Below the pieces are notes generated by a model. It saw nothing but the letters and a program-made list of their open reading frames with translations. It made no database searches and was not told the DNA's origin. Shown piece after piece: positions 23,901-35,099 of a stretch of 49,493 nucleotides of DNA. Source of the stretch: Octopus bimaculoides (lineage: Eukaryota); assembly GCF_001194135.2 (NCBI RefSeq), contig NC_068989.1:33948990-33998482 (forward strand), in the 5' to 3' direction. Within the stretch, counting starts at the first letter, position 1; the number at the start of each line of letters is the position of its first letter. A program made the translations under genes and the position numbers.

Positions 23901-26899
23901 GCAAGATTAAATCAAAAACTTATGATTTCATAACATTGAGTCATGGNNNNNNNNNNNNNNNNNNNNNNNNNNNNNNNNNNNNNNNNNNNNNNNNNNNNNN
24001 NNNNNNNNNNNNNNNNNNNNNNNNNNNNNNNNNNNNNNNNNNNNNNNNNNNNNNNNNNNNNNNNNNNNNNNNNNNNNNNNNNNNNNNNNNNNNNNNNNNN
24101 NNNNNNNNNNNNNNNNNNNNNNNNNNNNNNNNNNNNNNNNNNNNNNNNNNNNNNNNNNNNNNNNNNNNNNNNNNNNNNNNNNNNNNNNNNNNNNNNNNNN
24201 NNNNNNNNNNNNNNNNNNNNNNNNNNNNNNNNNNNNNNNNNNNNNNNNNNNNNNNNNNNNNNNNNNNNNNNNNNNNNNNNNNNNNNNNNNNNNNNNNNNN
24301 NNNNNNNNNNNNNNNNNNNNNNNNNNNNNNNNNNNNNNNNNNNNNNNNNNNNNNNNNNNNNNNNNNNNNNNNNNNNNNNNNNNNNNNNNNNNNNNNNNNN
24401 NNNNNNNNNNNNNNNNNNNNNNNNNNNNNNNNNNNNNNNNNNNNNNNNNNNNNNNNNNNNNNNNNNNNNNNNNNNNNNNNNNNNNNNNNNNNNNNNNNNN
24501 NNNNNNNNNNNNNNNNNNNNNNNNNNNNNNNNNNNNNNNNNNNNNNNNNNNNNNNNNNNNNNNNNNNNNNNNNNNNNNNNNNNNNNNNNNNNNNNNNNNN
24601 NNNNNNNNNNNNNNNNNNNNNNNNNNNNNNNNNNNNNNNNNNNNNNNNAAAATCGAAGAAATGATGTACACTTGTGAGATACATGCATGCAATGTACAAA
24701 AGAATTGACAATGACAAAACAACCGTGATGACCACTGTCCAGGAAAACTGGAATCACGCGATGTAAAAGTCTGATTTTTTGTTTTTTTCTGAAAGGAAAG
24801 AAAATATTTGAGTGCACAAGTGTGTGTGTGTGAGAGAAAACACAGAACATAGTAAAAGTGTCTGTAGAGAAAAAACAGTTTGTATTAAAGTTCCACAAGG
24901 AGATAGAATGTTCATACGCAGGAAGTTGTGGTCAAGGAGCAGAGCTGTAGTTGAGCGTCGATGCTGCGACCTGTGTTACCTGGTACGGAATATNNNNNNN
25001 NNNGTAGTTGAGCGTCGATGCTGCGACCTGTGTTACCTGGTACGGAATATTCTGGCTGGTTAGTTCTGGTCTGTTGATTGTGAGTGGAAACATCCACTCT
25101 AACAGGGTCGAGATAAAACCACGCTTGTTGATGTTGGTTTTGCTGGCGACGACAATGGTAGACAGTACATTGGTGGTGAAGACGTCGGCGCTGGAACTGG
25201 CTGTAGCTGTGTTCTGTATGTGTGTTTGCGATTGTGTATGCATTGGTAAAGAATGTTGACAGTGGTGTGTGTGGTTGTTGTGACAGGGCGTCGATTTGAG
25301 AGATACCGTTGAGTGGCATTGCTTGAAAATGCTGTCATGAATTCGGAGCTGCGAGCGAAAATGACCAAAAGATCCCGTGCAAATGAAGATAAGCCAGAAC
25401 TCTTCCATTCTCCGGCCGAGAGAAACGGAGAGGTGACGAAAGATGCTGAACTGGGAACAAGTAAACATCAAGAAATGTTATGTACTCACTGAAATGTTAC
25501 TGTGCATTTTACTGCTATTTTCAGCAAGTAGAGGATGCTGTGTAAGAATGAATGGACGTCTCGTGAAACATGTAGGAAACTGCTCAAAAAGTTGTTAGGA
25601 TGAAATAACCGTGAAGTTTTTTGTGTGAAAAAAACACAAAGGTCTCAGCCGCAAAGAGGTCTTTGGTTATAGGCTCTGGAAGTCATTGACAAAATGAAAA
25701 ACTTTAACGTAGGAAAATTTACTTAGCTTTTCATTTGTGATGGATGAGAATGTAGAGGCAATCCTGAAGTTGAACGTCGCGAAGCATACNNNNNNNNNNN
25801 NNNNNNNNNNNNNNNNNNNNNNNNNNNNNNNNNNNNNNNNNNNNNNNNNNNNNNNNNNNNNNNNNNNNNNNNNNNNNNNNNNNNNNNNNNNNNNNNNNNN
25901 NNNNNNNNNNNNNNNNNNNNNNNNNNNNNNNNNNNNNNNNNNNNNNNNNNNNNNNNNNNNNNNNNNNNNNNNNNNNNNNNNNNNNNNNNNNNNNNNNNNN
26001 NNNNNNNNNNNNNNNNNNNNNNNNNNNNNNNNNNNNNNNNNNNNNNNNNNNNNNNNNNNNNNNNNNNNNNNNNNNNNNNNNNNNNNNNNNNNNNNNNNNN
26101 NNNNNNNNNNNNNNNNNNNNNNNNNNNNNNNNNNNNNNNNNNNNNNNNNNNNNNNNNNNNNNNNNNNNNNNNNNNNNNNNNNNNNNNNNNNNNNNNNNNN
26201 NNNNNNNNNNNNNNNNNNNNNNNNNNNNNNNNNNNNNNNNNNNNNNNNNNNNNNNNNNNNNNNNNNNNNNNNNNNNNNNNNNNNNNNNNNNNNNNNNNNN
26301 NNNNNNNNNNNNNNNNNNNNNNNNNNNNNNNNNNNNNNNNNNNNNNNNNNNNNNNNNNNNNNNNNNNNNNNNNNNNNNNNNNNNNNNNNNNNNNNNNNNN
26401 NNNNNNNNNNNNNNNNNNNNNNNNNNNNNNNNNNNNNNNNNNNNNNNNNNNNNNNNNNNNNNNNNNNNNNNNNNNNNNNNNNNNNNNNNNNNNNNNNNNN
26501 NNNNNNNNNNNNNNNNNNNNNNNNNNNNNNNNNNNNNNNNNNNNNNNNNNNNNNNNNNNNNNNNNNNNNNNNNNNNNNNNNNNNNNNNNNNNNTTGTTCT
26601 TTATTCGGGGTCACCAATTGTAGGGAAGTGGTTATACACCATTAGGTGTACTCCGCTTCCGTACATTAAATTTCTTGAAGAAACAACGGAACGCAGATTC
26701 TGAACTATCAACACAACAATATTTATTACAGTAGAATTCGGCAGCACTTCGCCCTTTGGTTACTGAGACGCCGTCAATGAAGTTGCATGGTTATTTGTGT
26801 AGCTCTAGAGTTGGGTTGTTGGAGAGTGGTTGCTGCGACGTCTAGGCTCGTCGTCGGCCAGGGTGAAAGAGAATGAAAAGAAGCACGAAAGCTTGGATG

Positions 26900-27005
26900 T
26901 CGATGACTACGCATGCGCATGAAACTCTTCCTGTATTCCTTCCGGAACTAGTCCCTGCGCATGCGTCGATAAAACTCCGGAAATGTTGTCTGCTATAAAG
27001 GCGTC
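26900..27005. promoter_or_regulatory. Candidate housekeeping-type promoter (NRF1 x2, ETS x2, TATA-like)
   Basis: ACGCATGCGCAT at 26909, TTCCGGAA at 26940, TGCGCATGCGT at 26956, CCGGAAAT at ~26978 and TATAAAG at 26994. Locally CpG-enriched. Confidence 0.5.
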
Positions 27006-27094
27006 ACTACAATATTATAAGCATGTTGAAGCCAGCGATTTAAAGAGATTAAACCTTTGACATTCCCAGTCAAACAGTATTTTTGGTAGTTTAG

Positions 27095-27335
27095 GGTAGC
27101 GAGCTGGCAGAAGCGTTAGCACACCAGGCAAAGTGCTTAGCAGTATTTCATCTGCCGTTACATTCTGAGTTTAAATTCTGCCGAGTTTGACTTTGCCTTT
27201 CATCCTTTCGGGGTTGATTAAATAAGTACCAGTTACGCGCTGGATCAATGTAATCAACTTAATCCCTTTGTCTGTCCTTGTTTGCCCCTCTATGTTTAGC
27301 ACCCTGTAGGCAATAAATAAAAAATAAATAAATAA
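27095..27335 (+). mobile_element. SINE
   Basis: GGTAGCGAGCTGGCAGAAGCGTTAGCA...GACTTTGCCTTTCATCC...AAATAAGTACCAG body with an A-rich tail. Paralogous to 41995-42210. Confidence 0.75.
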
Positions 27336-27339
27336 AAAC

Positions 27340-27399
27340 TATGCTATCACTCTCTCCCTCTCTTTCACTCAAATACATACACACACACACACACACACG

Positions 27400-27449
<50 letters not shown>

Positions 27450-27850
27450 CAGACACAAAAAACTAAAAACACTAAAAAAGATGCAAGTAAAAGTAAATAA
27501 ATCAATTTACGCTATCACTCTCTCTCTCTCCCTCTCTCTCTCTACTTCTCTCCCTCTCCCCCTCTCTCTCTCTCCCTCTCCCTCTCTCCCTCTCTCTGTC
27601 TCTCTCTCCCCCTCTCCGTCTCTCCATCTCTCTCTCCCTCTCTCCATCTCTCTCTCTCAGTCAATCACTCACACACTCACTCAAAAAAGATGCAAGGAAA
27701 AATATATAAAAGATGTATGCTGTCACTCTCTCTTCTTCACACACATAGCAACACACCTCCCTCTCTCTCTCTCTCACACACACACACACTTTCTGTCTTG
27801 CACCCCACGCCAACACATACACACTTCTCTGTCAAATTTCTCTCTCACTT
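27340..27850. repeat. (CT)n/(CA)n microsatellite cluster
   Basis: Directly visible. Confidence 0.9.
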
Positions 27851-27979
27851 TATGCTGACATCAAAGGAAATGTACATTTCCTGCCACAAAAATAAATGAA
27901 TTTTTTTTACGTAAACGCATTAATAGTTGATGGATCAGCTGTTACAGTTTGGCATTTCTGCGAGTCATATCGAAAGATA

Positions 27980-28300
27980 GCCAGGATCTGTTGGAAAGAA
28001 TATTCCCGAGAGGTTAGGGAGAGAAGTTTCAGAAAAAACACACAACCGAACTTTTTTCCCCATAACTTTCAAGAAAATGGGTATCTTTTGATGAAATGTT
28101 ATATAAATACTTTTCAAATGGCATAGATTACAATTATAAAGACATGTCATTCTTTCAGCTTTAGCAGCATAAACGTCAAACTTTAAATATAAAGATACCC
28201 ATATTTCTGAAAGTTGTGATGGAAAAAATTCAGGCTATGTGAATTTCCAGAAATTCCTCTTCCCACCCTCTCAGAAAAATTCTTTCCAATAAATCTCTAT
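27980..28300. repeat. Old, diverged inverted-repeat element
   Basis: About 27982-28090 (TTGGAAAGAATATTCCCGAGAGG...AAATGGGTATCTTT) is the approximate reverse complement of about 28190-28300. Confidence 0.55.
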
Positions 28301-28610
28301 GTACTCTGAATCTACAGCATCTAAGCAGTATTTGTTGAAAATTTTGTTAAAAACTATTCATTTTTCTGGAAGTTATGAGGCAACAAAGGGTATCCAAGTT
28401 AAATAACCTGAAAGTGTCGAGATCTCAGCCCTGTTGTAGCTCCCCATAGAAACATTGAACTGTGGATTGCTTTCTTCCTTTATTCAGAAGGAATCATTGT
28501 GAACCAGAATTAATTTTCTGGTGTTCGTGATGATTCTGACATCGAGATCACTTATACTAGAGAATTGATTTGCAAAATCTAGGGTCTTTAGGAGAAGAGG
28601 TTTTGATATA

Positions 28611-28737
28611 CAGGGTGTCTACAAGGTCTGGGTACATGGAGTAAATAAAATCATAAGATAAACAATTAAATATAAGAAATAATAATTTCTTAAAGCATGT
28701 GTTAATCCCCATGTACCCAGACTTTGTGGACACTCTG
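28611..28737. mobile_element. 127-bp Tc1/mariner MITE
   Basis: 29-bp TIRs CAGGGTGTCTACAAGGTCTGGGTACATGG (3 mismatches) with TA on both flanks. Confidence 0.88.
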
Positions 28738-28899
28738 TAGATGGGTAGTCGTCCATGATGTCAAACTGTGAATCTATAGGCTGATTTGTTCTTGACACTG
28801 TGGAACCAGTTGATCACAGCTGCACTAGAATCCTACTGAATCAACCCTGTGGTCCTCTTAATATCAGAGTTGATGGTATCAAAAATGCACTTACGGCCA

Positions 28900-28938
28900 A
28901 TGCTTGTATTTGCATATGTGTATGTATACGTGTATGTA

Positions 28939-28999
<61 letters not shown>

Positions 29000-29080
29000 A
29001 TAGATAGATATGTATGTATGTATGTATGTATGCATGCATGTATGCATGTATGTATGTATATATATGTATGTATGTATACC
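28900..29080. repeat. (TG)n(TA)n(TATG)n microsatellite
   Basis: Directly visible. Confidence 0.9.
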
Positions 29081-29089
29081 CACATGTTA

Positions 29090-29530
29090 CAGTGGTCTTT
29101 CACCTGCCCAGACTGCCAAATTATCTCCTCTCATGCATTACATATGTTTTATCGTTCTCTACTCCACATCTGCAGCTTACCCAAACATGTCAATCTCTCT
29201 CTCTAACTTCTCCCCTGTGAATGTTATTGTTAGTATTCCTATAGCCTCCCCAACTCGTGCACTCCTTCCCCTCAATCCTTACGGATGTTGCCTTCCCCAC
29301 TTTCCCTATCTCTTTCAAGCCCCCAATCCCCACCACCTGCTACTGTTCCTGTTACCTGAGGTTCCACCTGGACATCTCATCAACACTGTCTGTCTCCTTG
29401 AAGATGCCTCTAATTCATTCTCACACACTCTCCTAAATATGAATAGCTCCTCTACAACAAGAACCTGCTCTACACCAACCTCTTCTCTCATACCTTAACC
29501 CCCATCTAGCATACAGAGGCAAAATCCTCC
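29090..29530 (-). mobile_element. LINE ORF2 C-terminal remnant
   Basis: Minus-strand EEVGVEQVLVVEEL...LEASSRRQ...RWWG...GRSARVGEAI resembles a LINE ORF2 tail. Confidence 0.45.
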
Positions 29531-29932
29531 CTGATTTGTTGACTTGTGAGCTACATGTTGATCTCAATAGTGCTTGTGACATGAACATTGCACCCAGTAC
29601 ACACTGTAAAGTGGTTGACATTAGGAAGGGCATCCAGTCATAGAAACCATGCTAATGCAGGCACTGAAGTACAGTCCCTGTGTGTTTTTAAATGGCTAAT
29701 ATGTGTCTTTTATGCTACAGTGATTTTAGTTTCAACACATGATCTTATGTCAAATCACTTGCTGGCAAGTACACCTCCAAAAAAGTTGTAACATCCCTGA
29801 TAACAACTTGCTTTCGATAACAAATCTGCCCCAACAGGACACACCTAAGTTTAAATAATAACAACAATGAGCCACAGAGGGAGCCTGTGTGCTCAGCTGG
29901 CTGCAAATAGAAGGCAATTTTATCCCAAGTCA

Positions 29933-30369
29933 ATATTATAGTGGGGTAGGCTGGTTTATGGGGTTACCCTGGGTTTCTCACTCATTAGGGGTTTAGCCTT
30001 ACGGTATATCTTCAGGCCCCAAACACTGCTGGCCTGAGACCTCATTAAAATATGGAGGGGGAAAGCTAGCGTTGTTGCTGTTGTTCAACAGCTGGAAACT
30101 GATAGCCAAGGCTGAAGGGAGACAATCGTTTACTTTCGTGGTGCTTTGGTGACCACAAGATGGCAGCAAGGCCAAAAATCGGTGGACAATGGCAAAGGGA
30201 GATAATCATCTAGGAGTTTACCCTTAAAAACGATGCTTTTCCCCCTCCATATTTTAAAGAGGTCCCAGGCCAGCAGTGTTTGGGGTCTGAAGATGCGCCA
30301 TAAGGCTAAACCTTTTATGAGCGAGAAACCCAGGGTAACCGCATAAACCGGCCTACTCCACTATAATAT
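29933..30369. mobile_element. ~435-bp MITE with ~135-bp TIRs
   Basis: ATATTATAGTGGGGTAGGCTGGTTTATG...ATATGGAGGGGGAAA is inverted at 30230-30369. The superfamily is unresolved. Confidence 0.85.
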
Positions 30370-30869
30370 ATATACATATATATATATTTAGAGAAAAATA
30401 GTTATGGTTGGTTCATTGGGTTGCCCAGAGTTTTGCATTCATAAAGCGCTTAACTTTACATGTCTTGTCAGACCCTAATGAGTGATGGCCTATAACCTCT
30501 CTTCAAAATGGAGGGAGAAAAGGCCTCATGGCTAGTTTCTGGATATACAGACAAAGAAGAAAGGTCAAGTGCAAAGGATTGATTTCTTTTGACCACTGTC
30601 TGGAATCCACCCAGTCAACTTACAGGTCCCAAGATTTCAGTAGGAATCACCTGAAATGTAAACAGGGTCTGAAATTCCAGGACGAAGACTTCTGTCCTTG
30701 AATTTAAGTTGTTCTCCAGGTCGAGGGAGTTCTTTAACATCCTTGCTTGTTCCACTGTTAATGTAGAGACCCAGTTTTTCTAGCATCTTCCATGTGATTA
30801 TATGTGGAATCTTTTCACCCTTCAGGCGTTACATGTGGCTAGCTAAGGACATAGCATAATGTCTCTCTG

Positions 30870-31230
30870 GGATCCTAACCAAGGATTTCTGGTTGGAGAG
30901 GTGCTGCTTGAAGGTGTTTTTGGAACACCCGATGCATCTTCCAATGCTGCTTCTGTTGATGTTGTTGACATTGCTACTTCTGTTGGTGTTGGTGCTGGTG
31001 TTGGCATCATTAGTGCTGGCATAGGGGACACCATTGGTGGCAAAGTTGATGTTGGTGCTGTTGTTGTTGTTTGTGTCTCTGTTGGTGCTGCTGTAACCAT
31101 TGTTGTTGTTGGAGCTGTTGCTGGCACTATAGTGGTGGTAGTTGTGGTCGTTGTTGTTATTATTATCATTATCATAAGTGATGCTGCTGCTGCTACCTCT
31201 GCTGTAGTCACAGCCATTGCTATTATTGAT
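30870..31230. repeat. GTT/GCT/GGT trinucleotide-rich low-complexity tract
   Basis: Directly visible. Interrupted at 31233 by the Chapaev3-type insertion, with similar sequence resuming after 32898. Confidence 0.75.
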
Positions 31231-31232
31231 AA

Positions 31233-32898
31233 CACTGGTCAACAGCCAATTTTCATCAGGGATATTATATGGTGTTTTATATGTAGTTTTGTCCGCAGAT
31301 TTCAAAAATGTAAACAGTTTCCTTCTATCAGGCACAGTTTTTCTGATGAGATAAGAGAGGTATATAACTCACATCAGCAGTATTGCTACACGTAAATGTC
31401 TTATTCAGGTAAATTCTGACTTCTGTTTTATAACTATTTGTATTCCTTTTGTAATTTTATGTTTTCATAATCTTTTCTTTTCATAAATTTTACTTTCTGT
31501 TTAAGGTGCCAAGTCATCATCATCAAATTCTACTCAGGATGTCAAGGCATTGCAAGAACAGACCTGATATATTTTGTCATCTCTGTGTTTGTTCTGAGAG
31601 TATGTTCCAGCTGAATGGCGCTTATTCATTGATTCATCTAAGAGAAGCCTATTACACAACGGCAATAAGAAACCATCCATTCTCATAGAACATTCAGTGC
31701 ACATGAAGGAGTGTTATGAAAACATGCAAGTACTCGTCATTGCCATAAAGTATACAAACTACAGCTGGAAAATATGTGGAGACTTGAAGGTGATTGGAAT
31801 GTTGATGGGAATGCAATCTGGGTTCATGAAATATTGTTGCTTTTTATGCCTATGGGACAGTCGTGCAACTAACAAGCACTATGTACTATCAGAGTGGCCT
31901 TTGCAAAAATCATGAGCCAAAAGTTTCTAGCGTCCAGAATAAGCCACTTTTAAACCCAGAAAATGTTCTCCTTCTCCTCTTCACATAAAGCTTGACCTCA
32001 TGAAACAATTCGTGAAGACACTTGCCCTGAAAAGCTCAAAAGGTTTTGAATATGTGAAGGCCAAATTTCCAAAAATCACCGAGGCNNNNNNNNNNNNNNN
32101 NNNNNNNNNNNNNNNNNNNNNNNNNNNNNNNNNNNNNNNNNNNNNNNNNNNNNNNNNNNNNNNNNNNNNNNNNNNNNNNNNNNNNNNNNNNNNNNNNNNN
32201 NNNNNNNNNATAGGTCTGCAGATAAAAGAACTCTTGAAGGACAACCACTTCCTCACAACACTGGATGAGATTGAGCTTAAAGCCTGGGAATCCTTCAAAT
32301 GGTTCTGTGAAAATTTCCTAGGCAACAAGAGTTCTCTAGAGTTTAGAAATGGAGTGAAATGTCTTCTAGACTCCTATGCTGCAATGGGCTGTCGGATGTC
32401 ACTAAAAGTCCATTTCCTTGATTCACATCTGGACTTTTTTGCAGAGAACCTTGGAGCAGTGTCTGATGAGCAAGGGGAACGCTTTCATCAAGATATTGCA
32501 TCGATGGAACAACGATATCAAGGATTTGGGAATGCAGGAATGTTAGCTGACTACTGTTGGATGTTATACAGGAATTAACCAGAGACAAAACACCAGAGAA
32601 AGTCCAAATCCCAAAGATTTTAAGTTATGCATTCGAGTGTATTCTAACTTATTTGTACACAATAATTTTAATTTTGTACAATAAAAAGCCATGAAATTAT
32701 TGTATCTTGTATTCATTATACTTTATATAGACATGCTTTACATATCCTATAAGTTAAAACAGCAGGTATCATTAACATGAAAATGTGACCCGATAGAGGA
32801 AATCAGACTTCAGATTCGTAATCAGCATCAAAAATTAACCCAGAAAAGACAATCAGCAACTCTGATGATTAAAAAAAGTTTCATTTTGTTAACCAGTG
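31233..32898 (+). mobile_element. Chapaev3-type (CMC) DNA transposon, internally deleted
   Basis: Termini CACTGGTCAACA / TGTTAACCAGTG with a TAA duplication on both sides. Transposase pieces MSRHCKNRPDIFC, ICGDLKV...CFLCLWDSR and SLKVHFLDSHL...SDEQGERFHQDI. The family name is from recall of these motifs. Confidence 0.8.
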
Positions 32899-32929
32899 TA
32901 ACAAGTGATGGTGTTGCTGCTGATATCAC

Positions 32930-33300
32930 CTAAGTTTCATATACGACCCCCTTGGTTTGCATTGGCCTCCCACTGGGCGTCTGTTGTTGTTCCTACATAA
33001 TCATCCCACCTCCTTCCCACACCCGAGGGGCTGTTAACTAAAGTACTCTTAATATTGGGGGCACAGCTAAAAGAGACTCTTAGATTATATCTGTTGAACA
33101 GGTGTCCATACCTGTGTGATTGTGTAAAGCCTAAGGTAGGATATTCCTTATGATGAACTGAGGGACAGTGCAGAAACAAGACAACTTACATCAGTGCTCT
33201 ACCAACATGCTCATTTAGAATGTAGAGGCCCACTTGATAACATAGAGGTTAAGTAATTAGCAATGTATAGAACAGACACGATGTTTAGATTATGGAGGCC
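32930..33300 (-). mobile_element. PLE remnant
   Basis: HRYGHLFNRYNLRVSFSCAPNIK...YVGTT matches the PLE linker and GIY-YIG consensus, with a deletion. Confidence 0.6.
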
Positions 33301-33575
33301 ACACACATAGTAAAAGACAGACTGCGCCTCAACAGAAAACACAAATGGAACAATAACACCCACCACCATAACACCATGACTAAAGACAGAAGGGGAATAA
33401 AAAAGACAGATACGAACAGTATAATACATAAACCCATGTATACACATACAAAAGACACACATATACGAACTTATGATGAAACATAAGAAACAAGGATGAG
33501 TAAATAAATGAAAAAAAAAACTATATAAAGAACATGGATACAAATATAGTAAGCAAACCTATATACACATACAAC

Positions 33576-33619
<44 letters not shown>

Positions 33620-35099
33620 CGCAAATGCATGCGAAGATAAGGATACACATCATACATAGAGAGACAAAATGAACTAAACAGAAGAGGAAACGTGGATGGA
33701 AGAGTCGTTGAGGGGGTCACAAATACGTGATGAAAGATTTCCAGACAATGGATATAAGATAAAATAAGAACAATAATAAACGAGTGAACAACAAATATAA
33801 AGTGCGTGTGTTTATTTGGCAAGAAAAAAAAATGACCGTCCCGAAATATAATAATAGATGGGGAAAAAAACCCAACTGAATTTCTTGACCTTTTCTTTCC
33901 CAAAAGTAGCATAAAAGTTATCCTAAAATTCCGATATGTTGTGATTTAAGGAGGATTTGGCTACTATTTTTTCTTGCACGCTGAGCCCTGCATATAGTAG
34001 AGGTGTAAAACATATGATCCTTGGCTCCACTTTTANNNNNNNNNNNNNNNNNNNNNNNNNNNNNNNNNNNNNNNNNNNNNNNNNNNNNNNNNNNNNNNNN
34101 NNNNNNNNNNNNNNNNNNNNNNNNNNNNNNNNNNNNNNNNNNNNNNNNNNNNNNNNNNNNNNNNNNNNNNNNNNNNNNNNNNNNNNNNNNNNNNNNNNNN
34201 NNNNNNNNNNNNNNNNNNNNNNNNNNNNNNNNNNNNNNNNNNNNNNNNNNNNNNNNNNNNNNNNNNNNNNNNNNNNNNNNNNNNNNNNNNNNNNNNNNNN
34301 NNNNNNNNNNNNNNNNNNNNNNNNNNNNNNNNNNNNNNNNNNNNNNNNNNNNNNNNNNNNNNNNNNNNNNNNNNNNNNNNNNNNNNNNNNNNNNNNNNNN
34401 NNNNNNNNNNNNNNNNNNNNNNNNNNNNNNNNNNNNNNNNNNNNNNNNNNNNNNNNNNNNNNNNNNNNNNNNNNNNNNNNNNNNNNNNNNNNNNNNNNNN
34501 NNNNNNNNNNNNNNNNNNNNNNNNNNNNNNNNNNNNNNNNNNNNNNNNNNNNNNNNNNNNNNNNNNNNNNNNNNNNNNNNNNNNNNNNNNNNNNNNNNNN
34601 NNNNNNNNNNNNNNNNNNNNNNNNNNNNNNNNNNNNNNNNNNNNNNNNNNNNNNNNNNNNNNNNNNNNNNNNNNNNNNNNNNNNNNNNNNNNNNNNNNNN
34701 NNNNNNNNNNNNNNNNNNNNNNNNNNNNNNTTTTTTTCTGTATTGTTGGCTGGAGTTCGGAAAAAGCTGACCCACATCAATTGCAATTTCAATTTCTCCA
34801 TTTTTATTTGAATTTTTCGAAATTGGCAACTTTTCATCCAAAATTTAGAAAAATCGCAATAAAAACAAATGAGGAGAGAGATTAATTTTTTTAGAAATAA
34901 CTTTATAAATTTATGTTTTTTAAATGTCTGTCCCCTTCTCCCGTCATACTTTCACTGCACATTAGCCGTCTATAATATTTTTTCTTTTGTTATTTTTCGG
35001 CATTTTATAAGTAATCTTATAGGATCAGAAATATATATTCCGACTCTATTGCTTCCAAATTTAGAGACGTTCCGAAGAAACGGACGTTGAAATGGAGCG

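Noticed and set aside
24947-25050. 47-bp direct repeat around a 10-N gap
   Set aside because: Same scaffolding artefact.
30829-31395. Asn-rich, Thr-rich (mucin-like) and Val-rich ORFs
   Set aside because: They arise from a trinucleotide low-complexity tract and cross the Chapaev3-type terminus at 31233, so they are chimeric readings.
16626-34841. Long ORFs dominated by X
   Set aside because: They are open only because they span N gaps.
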